Source of the DNA: a virus
Taxonomy: Duplodnaviria > Caudoviricetes
IMG/VR virus record: IMGVR_UViG_3300048691_000224
Strand: one strand, 5' to 3'
Length of the DNA: 64,000 nucleotides
In this document: in pieces, positions 27,534 to 36,984 of the stretch
Layout of the letters: the number at the start of each line of letters is the position of its first letter
Position numbering within the stretch: position 1 is the first letter of the stretch
Made by a program: the position numbers and the translations under genes
Notes under the pieces: model-generated
The model's input: only the letters and a program-made list of their open reading frames with translations
Told to the model about the DNA's origin: nothing
The model's database searches: none

Positions 27534-30500
27534 TGACGACTTATACAATAACAACAACACAAAATATGACACAACTCGCTGGAAAAGTCGGTGGGGATGC
27601 GTACAACATAAATGGTGCAGAATTGATCATCAATACTGACACACGATATGGTCCAAATACATCACCAACTATTGGTCCAACTGGTAATATTACTGTATCA
27701 GCAACTCTTGGAGGTACACTGACGATCGAAGGTTTTAGCGTTCGTTTAATTCCGTATAATAACGGTACGGGTAATGTGCCACCGTCTGGTACTATTCTGA
27801 CACAAGGTGGTGTGACTTGTGAATTATTGTGTGTAATGTCACTACGCACCGGCGGAACTGTCACTGGCAGTGGAGCTACCCTACCGACCACTGGATGGTT
27901 AAAAGTACGTGGTGTGACTGGTGGTTTAGTTGTTGCTGGAGCTTTCACGGGTGGAATATCTGCTTCCGCAACAGCATCTGATGAAACTGGTTGGATATTA
28001 CTCGCAGGAGTACGAGATAGAGGGTTTTCTATTCCTCGTTTGGGCTACATGAATGTTGATGGACGGATGTTCTCTGTCGGTACGACAACAGGCGTACGGG
28101 GCCAAACGATTCAATTACCCCACTATACAGTCGACCAAGTTACAGCGTATCCTGGAGTTGAGATTGAGACTGCACCTGGATCGGGTGTGTACCAATTTTG
28201 GCCCAACGCCGCAAATAAATTTGCAAGTACTGATTCCTCAACCGACACGCGTAGTAGTTTCGTAGGTATCACAAATGATGGTGTTGTGACAATTGGTATG
28301 GGCCGCGATGCAGTAGCAGCGGGTGCTCTACCTGTAGCGGGATGTAATGTTCGTATCCCAAATATTATATTGCAGTCTACAGAAACAACTAACCTCAATG
28401 TATCCGTACAACCCTTTACGACAATGGGAACTCGATTTGACTCAACGTTCTCAGGTGCTGGCCGACTGAATCATTCATGTAGCACTGGCGCATGGTATTG
28501 GAATATTGTACAACCATACTCGATCTACATTCGCGATCTTCACACGTGTGATCAAATTGTGATCCAAGAGACGGCAACTTTAGCTGATATCGACCGCCTA
28601 CACGCCGGACTTTCTAATTACACCACACCTTATGCGTCAAATTCTATTGTATTTCAACAGTGTTATAATGGTGGAATTATTGGCGAGATTAGTGGCCTTC
28701 GAGCTGAAGCAACATCAACTAGCGGATACTGTATGTCTCTCACCAACTTGTATGGTGGATGGACATTCCGTAAAATTCGAGCAGGTCAAACCGGTATCGC
28801 AACTGCTGTGTCAGGCGCGATTATTTTCAACACCTGTGATGATACTACAGTCGATCTCATTGAGTCGTTTACTAAGCGGCTACTTGTCAGTGCGTGCAAT
28901 CGCTTGAGACTCAAGAGGCACATATACGCTGACAATTGCATTGGTACTACACAAACTACGGTTGGTACTCATGCTGTCGAGTGTATGTCTCAGTCGGCTG
29001 ATGTTGAAATTACAAACATTGAGAATTGGCCTGGTGTTGCGAATTGCCATCCTTACAATGGATTATTCTTCAGTAATACGACAAAGCGTGGCAGCCTGAG
29101 ATATTGCGGAACAGCTGTCGCTCCATACAATGGTGGATCAGCTAATTTAATGGGGTACATATATTCCGACGGTGGGAATAATGATGAGTGTAAGGTACAA
29201 AGAAACTGGACTACCGGTCTCCGACTTGGGGTGTCTAGTGGTACCAATACTACTAACCGGTTCCATGTCGAGAACAATTACATGACCGATGCATCCAAGA
29301 CCGTTGGCCCTCAACAGTCTAACTCATTCAGTCGAGGCAATCGTTGTAATGGTGGATCAGTTCCAACAAGCTACATCGCTGTATATGGTACTTGCATGTG
29401 GGATTCATTTACGGGCGACACCACAACAAGAGCTGCACTGGCGCTTGCTGAAAAGTCACTGTACTACCCCGACTTGTATCAAATTACTGCAGGTACACCT
29501 GTGTTCACCGCCCAAGGCGCTCTCGTCATGCGAACAATCGGCGATGCAGTGGTATGGACTTGGCCATGGAGGATTTTAGGTTGGAATGGCCTGACAACAA
29601 TGGCTTCTCAGGGTACTAATACCGCTAATCACCTATTTGAGTATGATCTTGATAAGGGAACAGGCTTTAGTGGTGCTTGGAAGGTCTTGAGTAATGCCAA
29701 CTTAGCAACTGAGACTGGAATCGATCCTGTAGTGGGGTTTATTCCTAAGCTACGAGTATCGTGTATTGCGGCTTCGAGCATTAACAGGCTAGATTCTCTG
29801 AGATTCGATGGTACTACAACACTGGCTCTCCAAAATGCAGCGCTGTACCCACTCGATTTAGCTACTCTTACTATGACAGGTATACAACCTGACAGTACAA
29901 TTGCGGTATTTGTGGGTGCTGCTGCAAGCATTCTGCCGGGGCAACTACCGGTCGCATCAACTTCTGGAACAGGAACATCCGTTGTACTAAACTATGTGTA
30001 CAATACTTCAATCCCTACATACACAGTGAGAATCCGTAAGGCTGGGTATGACTGCATTCAATTAGAGTATGCTAATGTATTGAATCCGACAATTCCAGTT
30101 GCTCAACAGCTGAATGCTGACGGATTTGGTGTGCAGGTATATTCTCGTGGTACAGGATCTACCTCAGCATTCGTAACAATTGACGCGAGTGCACTCAGGA
30201 TTGATATCGGCAACACTCGGACCGTTGCAGAAGATGTATATAATGCTGTTGCGCTCTGGCAGGCAACCCCAGGTGGGATTACCTACCCTGAAGCACTGAG
30301 ATTTGATGGAACAGATATGCTATTGCTAGGTAGTTGGAGATTTAGGCGAGCACTCGCTGCCTACACCGCTGCTGGAATTGATGCGGTGCCTGTCATCGAT
30401 GGCAATGTCACTGGCAGTCCTGATGATGAGACCAACGGGTCGGTTGACTTCAGAGCTCGCTCAGTACGCACATACCAATTTAATGCTGCACCTGCACTAA

Positions 30501-30619
30501 CAGCTGATGATGTTGCTGCAGCAGTATGGAATTTCGCCCACGGCAACGGAGCCACGGCAGAGGCAAACTTGCGAGGTGCTCGCGCCGCCGCAGAAAATGC
30601 TTTTGCTGTGAGTGCTTAG
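27533..30619 (+). CDS. large virion protein (1028 aa, probable beta-helix tail component)
   Basis: Thr/Gly/Asn-rich long ORF in the late block. Confidence 0.65.
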   Translation: MTTYTITTTQNMTQLAGKVGGDAYNINGAELIINTDTRYGPNTSPTIGPTGNITVSATLGGTLTIEGFSVRLIPYNNGTGNVPPSGTILTQGGVTCELLCVMSLRTGGTVTGSGATLPTTGWLKVRGVTGGLVVAGAFTGGISASATASDETGWILLAGVRDRGFSIPRLGYMNVDGRMFSVGTTTGVRGQTIQLPHYTVDQVTAYPGVEIETAPGSGVYQFWPNAANKFASTDSSTDTRSSFVGITNDGVVTIGMGRDAVAAGALPVAGCNVRIPNIILQSTETTNLNVSVQPFTTMGTRFDSTFSGAGRLNHSCSTGAWYWNIVQPYSIYIRDLHTCDQIVIQETATLADIDRLHAGLSNYTTPYASNSIVFQQCYNGGIIGEISGLRAEATSTSGYCMSLTNLYGGWTFRKIRAGQTGIATAVSGAIIFNTCDDTTVDLIESFTKRLLVSACNRLRLKRHIYADNCIGTTQTTVGTHAVECMSQSADVEITNIENWPGVANCHPYNGLFFSNTTKRGSLRYCGTAVAPYNGGSANLMGYIYSDGGNNDECKVQRNWTTGLRLGVSSGTNTTNRFHVENNYMTDASKTVGPQQSNSFSRGNRCNGGSVPTSYIAVYGTCMWDSFTGDTTTRAALALAEKSLYYPDLYQITAGTPVFTAQGALVMRTIGDAVVWTWPWRILGWNGLTTMASQGTNTANHLFEYDLDKGTGFSGAWKVLSNANLATETGIDPVVGFIPKLRVSCIAASSINRLDSLRFDGTTTLALQNAALYPLDLATLTMTGIQPDSTIAVFVGAAASILPGQLPVASTSGTGTSVVLNYVYNTSIPTYTVRIRKAGYDCIQLEYANVLNPTIPVAQQLNADGFGVQVYSRGTGSTSAFVTIDASALRIDIGNTRTVAEDVYNAVALWQATPGGITYPEALRFDGTDMLLLGSWRFRRALAAYTAAGIDAVPVIDGNVTGSPDDETNGSVDFRARSVRTYQFNAAPALTADDVAAAVWNFAHGNGATAEANLRGARAAAENAFAVSA

Positions 30620-30625
30620 TAAATA
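30620..30625 (+). promoter_or_regulatory. late promoter core TAAATA
   Basis: Precedes the holin-like gene. Confidence 0.55.
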
Positions 30626-30646
30626 TTAAAATACTAAGGATATTCC

Positions 30647-31063
30647 ATGGTGACTGTCAGTGAATGGTTGATGCAAAATCTCGATATGCCAGCAATGGTA
30701 TTATTGATGATATTCGTTCTTGGATTATATGTTCTTTTCCGAACACAGAAGTCCAATGCAACATTCGATTTTGCAGATATGTTGCGAGATGAACTGGGAA
30801 AACCATCAGCCTTCCGACTAGCAATATTTGTGTGCCTGGCAATTAGCTCTTGGGCAATCATGTATATGTTAGTCAAGGCTGGAGGTACGATTGATCCATG
30901 GATCTACGTAGCCTACATCACAGTGTGGTCTGGGGCGAAGGTAGCTGAAAAGGCGCTCGATGCATATAGTGGAAAACCTTCACAATATAAAGCTGCGAGT
31001 GAAGTGAATGAGGCTGATGGACCAATTGCGCCTCCACCAGTAGCTAAGAAGCGAGTGTCTTGA
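30647..31063 (+). CDS. putative holin
   Basis: 138 aa, three transmembrane segments, D.LGKPS.FR motif, basic C-terminal tail, late promoter. Confidence 0.6.
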   Translation: MVTVSEWLMQNLDMPAMVLLMIFVLGLYVLFRTQKSNATFDFADMLRDELGKPSAFRLAIFVCLAISSWAIMYMLVKAGGTIDPWIYVAYITVWSGAKVAEKALDAYSGKPSQYKAASEVNEADGPIAPPPVAKKRVS

Positions 31064-31619
31064 GTTGCATCACAATTACATACGCATATGCGATTGCATG
31101 ACCGCGCCTAAAAGATGACTTATCTTCGGTTTCTGATATTCTGTACAGTTGTTCTCGCACTGAAGCCGGCGATTTCATATAAGCCGAAAGCAACGACCTT
31201 TTACCAGGGCGAATCATTGCAACGACGTCAGCAAGTGTTTGGATATTAGTTGGTTTTACCACACTTATGATATCCCAACTATTGCGTAATTGAAATAATT
31301 GTTCAACAATTTCCCTGGTACCTAGTAGTGACCAATCAGGATCAGTCTTAATTGCTTCCATAATATCTGCACGCGACTTAAACTGATCCAATATTGATAG
31401 GTGAAGCAAATCGAATTTGGTGTACCCTAACTGATCAGCACGCTTGAAGGGGATTGCGGCAAGGCCTGTGATTCCATCTTTCGGTATAGTTTGAAAATAT
31501 ACTCCACACGGATGTTTAAGTAATTGATCTGAGTCCACCCGTGATGCTCTGGTGCAATACTCAGATCCAAATATTGCCACAGGGTCAATAAAACTTGGGA
31601 CGTCAATGTCGATATCCAT
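31044..31619 (-). CDS. DNA polymerase III alpha (DnaE)-like catalytic fragment
   Basis: DIDID, KHPCG and KFDLL motifs in only 191 aa. Confidence 0.82.
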   Translation of the reverse strand: MDIDIDVPSFIDPVAIFGSEYCTRASRVDSDQLLKHPCGVYFQTIPKDGITGLAAIPFKRADQLGYTKFDLLHLSILDQFKSRADIMEAIKTDPDWSLLGTREIVEQLFQLRNSWDIISVVKPTNIQTLADVVAMIRPGKRSLLSAYMKSPASVREQLYRISETEDKSSFRRGHAIAYAYVIVMQLKTLAS

Positions 31620-32321
31620 TTACAACCCCAACTCTGCCAATATGCCCTTCGTCTGTTTAACAACCTCAGGACTGTTGCGGATTTTCTGAGCCCAATTGTC
31701 AATATCAATGATTGCATTGATTGCATCTTGATCATCTTCATCTAAAGCCGCATACCACTGTTTAAACTTAGTACTAACCAATAATAACCAAGGAGTTACA
31801 TCATTGTCCCGAATCCATTGTACAAGCTGTGGACACGTTATAGATTGGAAGAACTCGGATATGCTATAACCTTCTTTGTCACAGAACTCCATGATGAAGA
31901 GTGTAGCCTCTTGCACTTGTTTGATAGGCGATTCGCGCTTGGTAGACTTAATGTACATCTTATACACATCGGGGTGCGCCCAAATCGCCGGCTGCATATT
32001 CAACTTGATCATCAGCCTGATATAGGAGTCCATGTCGATCGTAGGAATAGAGTGCATGAATGCAGCAAACTTTACGAGCGATTGATAGTATCTCGACTCT
32101 AGAAATGTTGTTTGAGGAGGCACCTTTCTTCCTTGGAATTTCATCCAAGTAGAATATGCGAGCCAAGCCGTCATTCCCTCTGTCGTCTTCATTTTCTGAG
32201 CTCGCTGCATTTGAGTACACACGTGTTCAAGAAAGATAGTCTCGTTTACATATGCTTTATCACAGTGAGTACAGACGTAGCTATACTTGGTTTTTTTAGA
32301 ATCAGTGTTATTTGTTGCCAT
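31620..32321 (-). CDS. conserved protein with N-terminal C2HC zinc finger
   Basis: CTHCDKAY...HVC; 233 aa. Confidence 0.65.
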   Translation of the reverse strand: MATNNTDSKKTKYSYVCTHCDKAYVNETIFLEHVCTQMQRAQKMKTTEGMTAWLAYSTWMKFQGRKVPPQTTFLESRYYQSLVKFAAFMHSIPTIDMDSYIRLMIKLNMQPAIWAHPDVYKMYIKSTKRESPIKQVQEATLFIMEFCDKEGYSISEFFQSITCPQLVQWIRDNDVTPWLLLVSTKFKQWYAALDEDDQDAINAIIDIDNWAQKIRNSPEVVKQTKGILAELGL

Positions 32322-32342
32322 AATACCTCAATGATACGCAAC

Positions 32343-32801
32343 TTATTGTTTGTTGAGCTCTACCAATTCACACAATTCCTCATCAGATAGAAGAGGAAGG
32401 ACACTCTGTGCGGTAGAGTGGGTGATGTTATAGTGAGCCATCACAGCCATCACAGCTGTTTCTTTTGCAACTGAACCTTTTTTTGTAGCCGCAGCTTTCC
32501 ACTTCCATCGAGGGGATTTTGCTCGTGACCCCCGTCCAGCACTAGCTAGTAATGACAACTGTTGCTCCGCAGGCGTGGTGAAAACATATCGATTCACATT
32601 CTGCAGGGCAATCGGGTCGGATGATCCACTATAGAACATCCACTTCATCAAAACTATTGGTACGAACTTTTTTTGTTCACTTGGAGTGAGTGCTCTGTGG
32701 ATATCGTAATTCTTCTGGTGGAGTTGGTCCAGAACTTGAAACAGTGTTATTTCATTCACTGACATGGAACTTGCTGTTGCAAAATTTGCAGCGAATAGCA
32801 A
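32343..32801 (-). CDS. clamp loader small subunit (T4 gp62-like)
   Basis: FVPIVLMKW, KWKWK, VMAHYNIT..A...L.LLS pattern; near the gp44-like gene. Confidence 0.6.
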   Translation of the reverse strand: MLFAANFATASSMSVNEITLFQVLDQLHQKNYDIHRALTPSEQKKFVPIVLMKWMFYSGSSDPIALQNVNRYVFTTPAEQQLSLLASAGRGSRAKSPRWKWKAAATKKGSVAKETAVMAVMAHYNITHSTAQSVLPLLSDEELCELVELNKQ

Positions 32802-33138
32802 ATGTTAGTTCAGAAGTGGGCTCTGCAGTATTCTTCAGTGTCTTGGATACTGATTTTGAAGCAGATGTAGTTGGTTTAGTATCTACACTCTGATCTTCAA
32901 GTACCAAAAACTCCACAGAGTGGATACAGTGTTCGACTGCATCAGCTTTGAGTGTTTCCATCCTATCATACAGTGGCAATAACTTGGCACGCAAATCTTG
33001 GATCTGAGTCTCGATAGGTGAAATAGTTGCTGTCACCCATTCTTCTAATGCGCCCGTTCGTCTAAGAAACGCAACCTTATCATTGGGGCTCACTTTGGTA
33101 ATTTTACTTGCGATATTTGGTGGAATTTGAGAAGTCAT
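32752..33138 (-). CDS. hypothetical protein (coiled coil plus Cys motif)
   Basis: HCIH...RCKFC. Confidence 0.6.
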   Translation of the reverse strand: MTSQIPPNIASKITKVSPNDKVAFLRRTGALEEWVTATISPIETQIQDLRAKLLPLYDRMETLKADAVEHCIHSVEFLVLEDQSVDTKPTTSASKSVSKTLKNTAEPTSELTFAIRCKFCNSKFHVSE

Positions 33139-33144
33139 AATATG

Positions 33145-34065
33145 TTAGTTGGTGTCGATAATTCTAAGTTGAGCAATCAGTGCTGCGAGACAAATAGTCA
33201 CGTCAGCTGAAAATGAGTGTTGGTACTGATACTGTGCAATAGCAATCACCGCATTATCAAACTTTACTGGTGTTGTGGAAAACGTCGGGTGTTCTAAGAG
33301 CGCATTAAAAATATCTGAGTAGCAGGTGACTACTTCGCTTGGAGTCATGTTAGTTGCGTGCGTCAACATATTTGAATATTGACTATCGAGAAAGCTGTGG
33401 ATCAAGTCACTTGTTTGATCACTCAATGGACCTGACAGCAACTTCCCCTTGACAGTTCGGTGCTGTAATGTGTTGATTACAGCTCTCATGTCTGGCATCT
33501 TGCTGGTTATAATCGCCTCAACATCACTCAAGTCAAATTCTACACCCTCAGATTCCAATATAAACAACACTCGCTTGAGTACCTGAGCATAAGGAAGTGT
33601 TGTAAAACTTATTGTTTCGCCACAACGAGACTTGAGAGCGGGAGTAATTTTATGACTGTTGTTTCCAGTGAGTATGAAACGAGCATCATTACTGTATCGA
33701 ACCATCACCTCTCTGAGTACGTCTTGGCTAGCTGTGCTCAGCCGATCGGCTTCTTCAATTAAAACAACCTTCATCTCACCAAAACCTGATGTGATGACAA
33801 AATTAATTACCCTGTCGCGCATTACGTCGACACTGTTATCCTTTGTTCCGTCAATAATTAGAACATCAGACGGTTCGATTCCACAGGCTTCTATTAATAG
33901 TTCAGCTAGTGTACTCTTGCCTGTACCTGGATCACCTGTTAGTAATAAGTGTGGGATTGATTTCTCTACCACAAACTCTCGCACCATCGATTTGAGGTGG
34001 GGAGATGTGAATGTGTATTCGTTGAGATTCTTCGGCGAATACTTGGATACCCATAATTCTTTCAT
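33145..34065 (-). CDS. clamp loader large subunit (T4 gp44 / RFC-like AAA+)
   Basis: LWVSKYSP, GDPGTGKS, IEEADRL, ALKSRC, PDMRAVIN. Confidence 0.93.
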   Translation of the reverse strand: MKELWVSKYSPKNLNEYTFTSPHLKSMVREFVVEKSIPHLLLTGDPGTGKSTLAELLIEACGIEPSDVLIIDGTKDNSVDVMRDRVINFVITSGFGEMKVVLIEEADRLSTASQDVLREVMVRYSNDARFILTGNNSHKITPALKSRCGETISFTTLPYAQVLKRVLFILESEGVEFDLSDVEAIITSKMPDMRAVINTLQHRTVKGKLLSGPLSDQTSDLIHSFLDSQYSNMLTHATNMTPSEVVTCYSDIFNALLEHPTFSTTPVKFDNAVIAIAQYQYQHSFSADVTICLAALIAQLRIIDTN

Positions 34066-35204
34066 TATTTTTTAGTCTCTTGTTGCTTACGGTGAATGAA
34101 AGCTATTATACGCTCTTTCAGAATTTGTTCGTCAGCTGTTAATGTGTCTACCCTCGAATCAAGATCATCTACATACCGTTTTAGTTGGTCTATCTTTTCA
34201 GCCAAATCCCCATCAGATTTAATTTTATTACTAAAGTGTGTCCAGTCGGATTGCATCAAAGTAACGTTAAGTGGTTCTAGTCGCGAATGAGAGTTATCAG
34301 TAAATGTGTAACTAGGTAGTACTAAAGGCTGCTCATCTACTTCCGGTACTTCACTTTTGGGTTCAACCGCCGGTTGATTCTCGAACTTTGGCAGTGTGTA
34401 TTTGATACTAAGTGGTTTAAATGTTTGCTTAGGAAGAGGAGTCTCGACTAGGCGAGCCGTAGGTTGGCTTGTTGGTTCTGCCAGGATTTGTACAACGGGT
34501 TGGTTGTGATCTCGGGTGTTCTCACTAACCCGGCGGGCTATGGCGATATTGGCACAAATAGTCAATATCACGGCTAATGGATCAAATACCAATACCAGCA
34601 GTATCGTAAACCACGTGACTGCTACATCCACATCGTACCCGAGGGTTTTTGCAAGGTACACCATTGGGCCAACATCTGCTTGTTGTTCAATTTGAACGCT
34701 GGCAAGCTTTTGTTTCTCTACAGTAAGGACAGGTAACCTCTTGTTGATAGCAGTAATTTCAGTATTGAACTGCTTACCCAATCGCACTCGTCCAGCAACG
34801 TCTGTATCTTTAAGCTGCGCAATTTGTTGATCGATCTGCAGCTTGCGGTTGTTCAGTTGCTTCTCTTCTGCCTCGAGTAGTGCTAATGTGCTACTCGATT
34901 GTTTGAGTACCACCATGTCCATTTGATTTGCTTTGGTTAGGAAACCAAACACACCAAAACTCGTCACAAACATAACAAGAACTACCATCACTGATAGCAG
35001 TAACTTCATCACCCAACTTACATTGCCCCAAAATCTATACAGAAAGCTAACTGCAACCAGCTTCCCGAATTCAATTGTACTACCTAGAGCAACCACCGCC
35101 CAAAATGATCCAGCAAATGTAGTGGCTAAGCCGACAACACTAAAAAAACCTGCCGCAGTTGCGAGAGAGAAAGCAGCAAGGGATAATAAAATAATGAGTG
35201 GCAT
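34065..35204 (-). CDS. membrane protein with coiled coil (DUF4407-like)
   Basis: Three N-terminal TM segments, EFGKLV, GP..YLA, VFDPLAV. Confidence 0.7.
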   Translation of the reverse strand: MPLIILLSLAAFSLATAAGFFSVVGLATTFAGSFWAVVALGSTIEFGKLVAVSFLYRFWGNVSWVMKLLLSVMVVLVMFVTSFGVFGFLTKANQMDMVVLKQSSSTLALLEAEEKQLNNRKLQIDQQIAQLKDTDVAGRVRLGKQFNTEITAINKRLPVLTVEKQKLASVQIEQQADVGPMVYLAKTLGYDVDVAVTWFTILLVLVFDPLAVILTICANIAIARRVSENTRDHNQPVVQILAEPTSQPTARLVETPLPKQTFKPLSIKYTLPKFENQPAVEPKSEVPEVDEQPLVLPSYTFTDNSHSRLEPLNVTLMQSDWTHFSNKIKSDGDLAEKIDQLKRYVDDLDSRVDTLTADEQILKERIIAFIHRKQQETKK

Positions 35205-35213
35205 ATTGAGTAG

Positions 35214-35438
35214 TTATTTTAAGCGGAGATTTGTGACTCGTGGAATATTTGAGCCAGGAAGTTCTTCTATCGAATCCCACACATACAGACCAATATCTGT
35301 AGAGTAGATCCGCAGCACCTCAGGTACTGCATCTGTAGTGTTAAAGGGCGGTTGGTTTAACACATATACAGGAAAGGGTTCGCCAGTAGACGATCCCTTG
35401 TCAAGTTGATTCCCAAGCGCTTCACGTAGTGTAACCAT
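35214..35438 (-). CDS. hypothetical protein
   Basis: 74-aa ORF in operon. Confidence 0.55.
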   Translation of the reverse strand: MVTLREALGNQLDKGSSTGEPFPVYVLNQPPFNTTDAVPEVLRIYSTDIGLYVWDSIEELPGSNIPRVTNLRLK

Positions 35439-35444
35439 TAAGAA

Positions 35445-35741
35445 TCAGTCTTCGACGGCTAATACTTTAGCTTCATCCGTTCGCCAAACTCTGACGCCAT
35501 CTGACGTTACAGCTGCTGTCCATCCCATAGGCTCAATCAAGATGTGTGCACCAACGGTGATTCCAGTTGAAACATCTACCTCAGGTCCAACTGCAACGAC
35601 AGTCCCCCATCTAGTAGCTTTCACTTGCCCATCTGTAGATGCACCTAATATAATGCCTGAGGCCGCGTAGTCGTAAAATCGACCATCACGAACTTCATCA
35701 TCAAATTGGAATAAAATACTATCCTTGATTGGTGTAATCAT
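35445..35741 (-). CDS. groES: co-chaperonin GroES
   Basis: ITPIKDSIL, SGIILG mobile loop, GTVVAVGP, DEAKVLAV. Confidence 0.88.
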   Translation of the reverse strand: MITPIKDSILFQFDDEVRDGRFYDYAASGIILGASTDGQVKATRWGTVVAVGPEVDVSTGITVGAHILIEPMGWTAAVTSDGVRVWRTDEAKVLAVED

Positions 35742-36070
35742 TTTGATTTTTTGCCAGTTGTTTGATTTGTTGGTTGTTCAGTAACTGATATGGATTCATC
35801 AATATTGACTGATAGTGACTGCAGTAATTCACCCGCCACACGAGCTTTCTCTTCTGCTTCTTTTTGTTCAGCCATCTTAGCATCTTGCTGTTTGGCTGCA
35901 ACCAATTTTTTCGCAGCCTCCATGTTGGCTCTCATTCTCTTTCGAGCGGCTTGTTCAACTGGATTGACGAGCGCGACAGGCGGTGCGACATTATTCGCTA
36001 CAGATGCCTGTACATTGAGAAGGTCCCAATCAATTAACTGCCCGCGTGCGCTTTTTATCATTTTAGTCAT
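35738..36070 (-). CDS. hypothetical protein
   Basis: KSARGQLIDWDLL; 110 aa. Confidence 0.6.
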   Translation of the reverse strand: MTKMIKSARGQLIDWDLLNVQASVANNVAPPVALVNPVEQAARKRMRANMEAAKKLVAAKQQDAKMAEQKEAEEKARVAGELLQSLSVNIDESISVTEQPTNQTTGKKSK

Positions 36071-36088
36071 AATACTCTTCCTTTAAAT

Positions 36089-36652
36089 TTAAACTCGTAA
36101 AAATTCTCTATAATCCAACTCGTGTACGATCGGATCAATTGCATGTAGCTCCAATAAAAATAGTAGGTAACAGTATACCGAGCTACCTCTACCAACACCC
36201 CAGGGAACACTAGCCATCTTTAGTCTGTCGACAATAAATTTGACAGTCTTCAGGATATCAAATTTATCCTTTGTTTGGAACCAACTCATCTCAGCAGCAA
36301 AGCGTACATCATATAAGTCACTTTCCTGAAGCGGCAGCGTATGTTGAAAGTGCAACTCTTTCATGTGCTCTACTATGTTCAAGTTACTATATGCAGCTGG
36401 TAGTGTACTAGATACATCCAGAGAGGCAGTAAGGTCAGATTCTGAGAATTCTGTAACCGGTGTTGATGTATATTTATTAAACTCTCGCAGCTCGTCATTC
36501 ATTTTGAACACACGAACATTGTCACCAGGTACCTTCCGAAACGCCTTGTTCTTTGTAAAATTCTCTACAGACGTAACAGATACTCCCGTTTCGAGTAGAA
36601 ATCTACCATCTAATTTAGTATACCCAACATCAAACGAACGATGGGAACTCAA
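36089..36652 (-). CDS. DnaE-like N-terminal fragment (GRGS motif)
   Basis: VPWGVGRGSSVYCYLLFLLELHAIDPIVHELDYREFL. Confidence 0.82.
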   Translation of the reverse strand: MSSHRSFDVGYTKLDGRFLLETGVSVTSVENFTKNKAFRKVPGDNVRVFKMNDELREFNKYTSTPVTEFSESDLTASLDVSSTLPAAYSNLNIVEHMKELHFQHTLPLQESDLYDVRFAAEMSWFQTKDKFDILKTVKFIVDRLKMASVPWGVGRGSSVYCYLLFLLELHAIDPIVHELDYREFLRV

Positions 36653-36968
36653 CTGCCTGATCTCCGGTTGGTTGATCTAAACGTGATGTAGATTTTGAGA
36701 TAGATTCGTACTGCTGAACAGGTGCAGGGAGCCAAGTTGGCTGTGTTACACCAGGATATGTTGTTGGTTGACGAGGTGCCGCAACCTTTGGTGATGTATC
36801 CAACTGATCAATAATTTGAACAATATCAGCCCATTGTTGAGCTGTCGGTACCCAATTTTTGCCTCCTACGAACATAATTCCTTTTAGGTAGGAACGAAAT
36901 TCTTCAAGGGTCATTACTCCTGGAGTAATTTTAGTGATTTTGGTTGATTTTGGTTTAGGTGATGTCAT
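36630..36968 (-). CDS. hypothetical protein
   Basis: W.PT..QW..I motif; 112 aa. Confidence 0.6.
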   Translation of the reverse strand: MTSPKPKSTKITKITPGVMTLEEFRSYLKGIMFVGGKNWVPTAQQWADIVQIIDQLDTSPKVAAPRQPTTYPGVTQPTWLPAPVQQYESISKSTSRLDQPTGDQAVEFPSFV

Positions 36969-36984
36969 TGAAGTATCCTAGTAG

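Noticed and set aside
20217-30555. Numerous - strand ORFs antisense to the tail genes (and + strand ORFs antisense to the right-half genes)
   Set aside because: These are shadows of codon bias in the real genes; they lack RBS, promoter or recognisable motifs.
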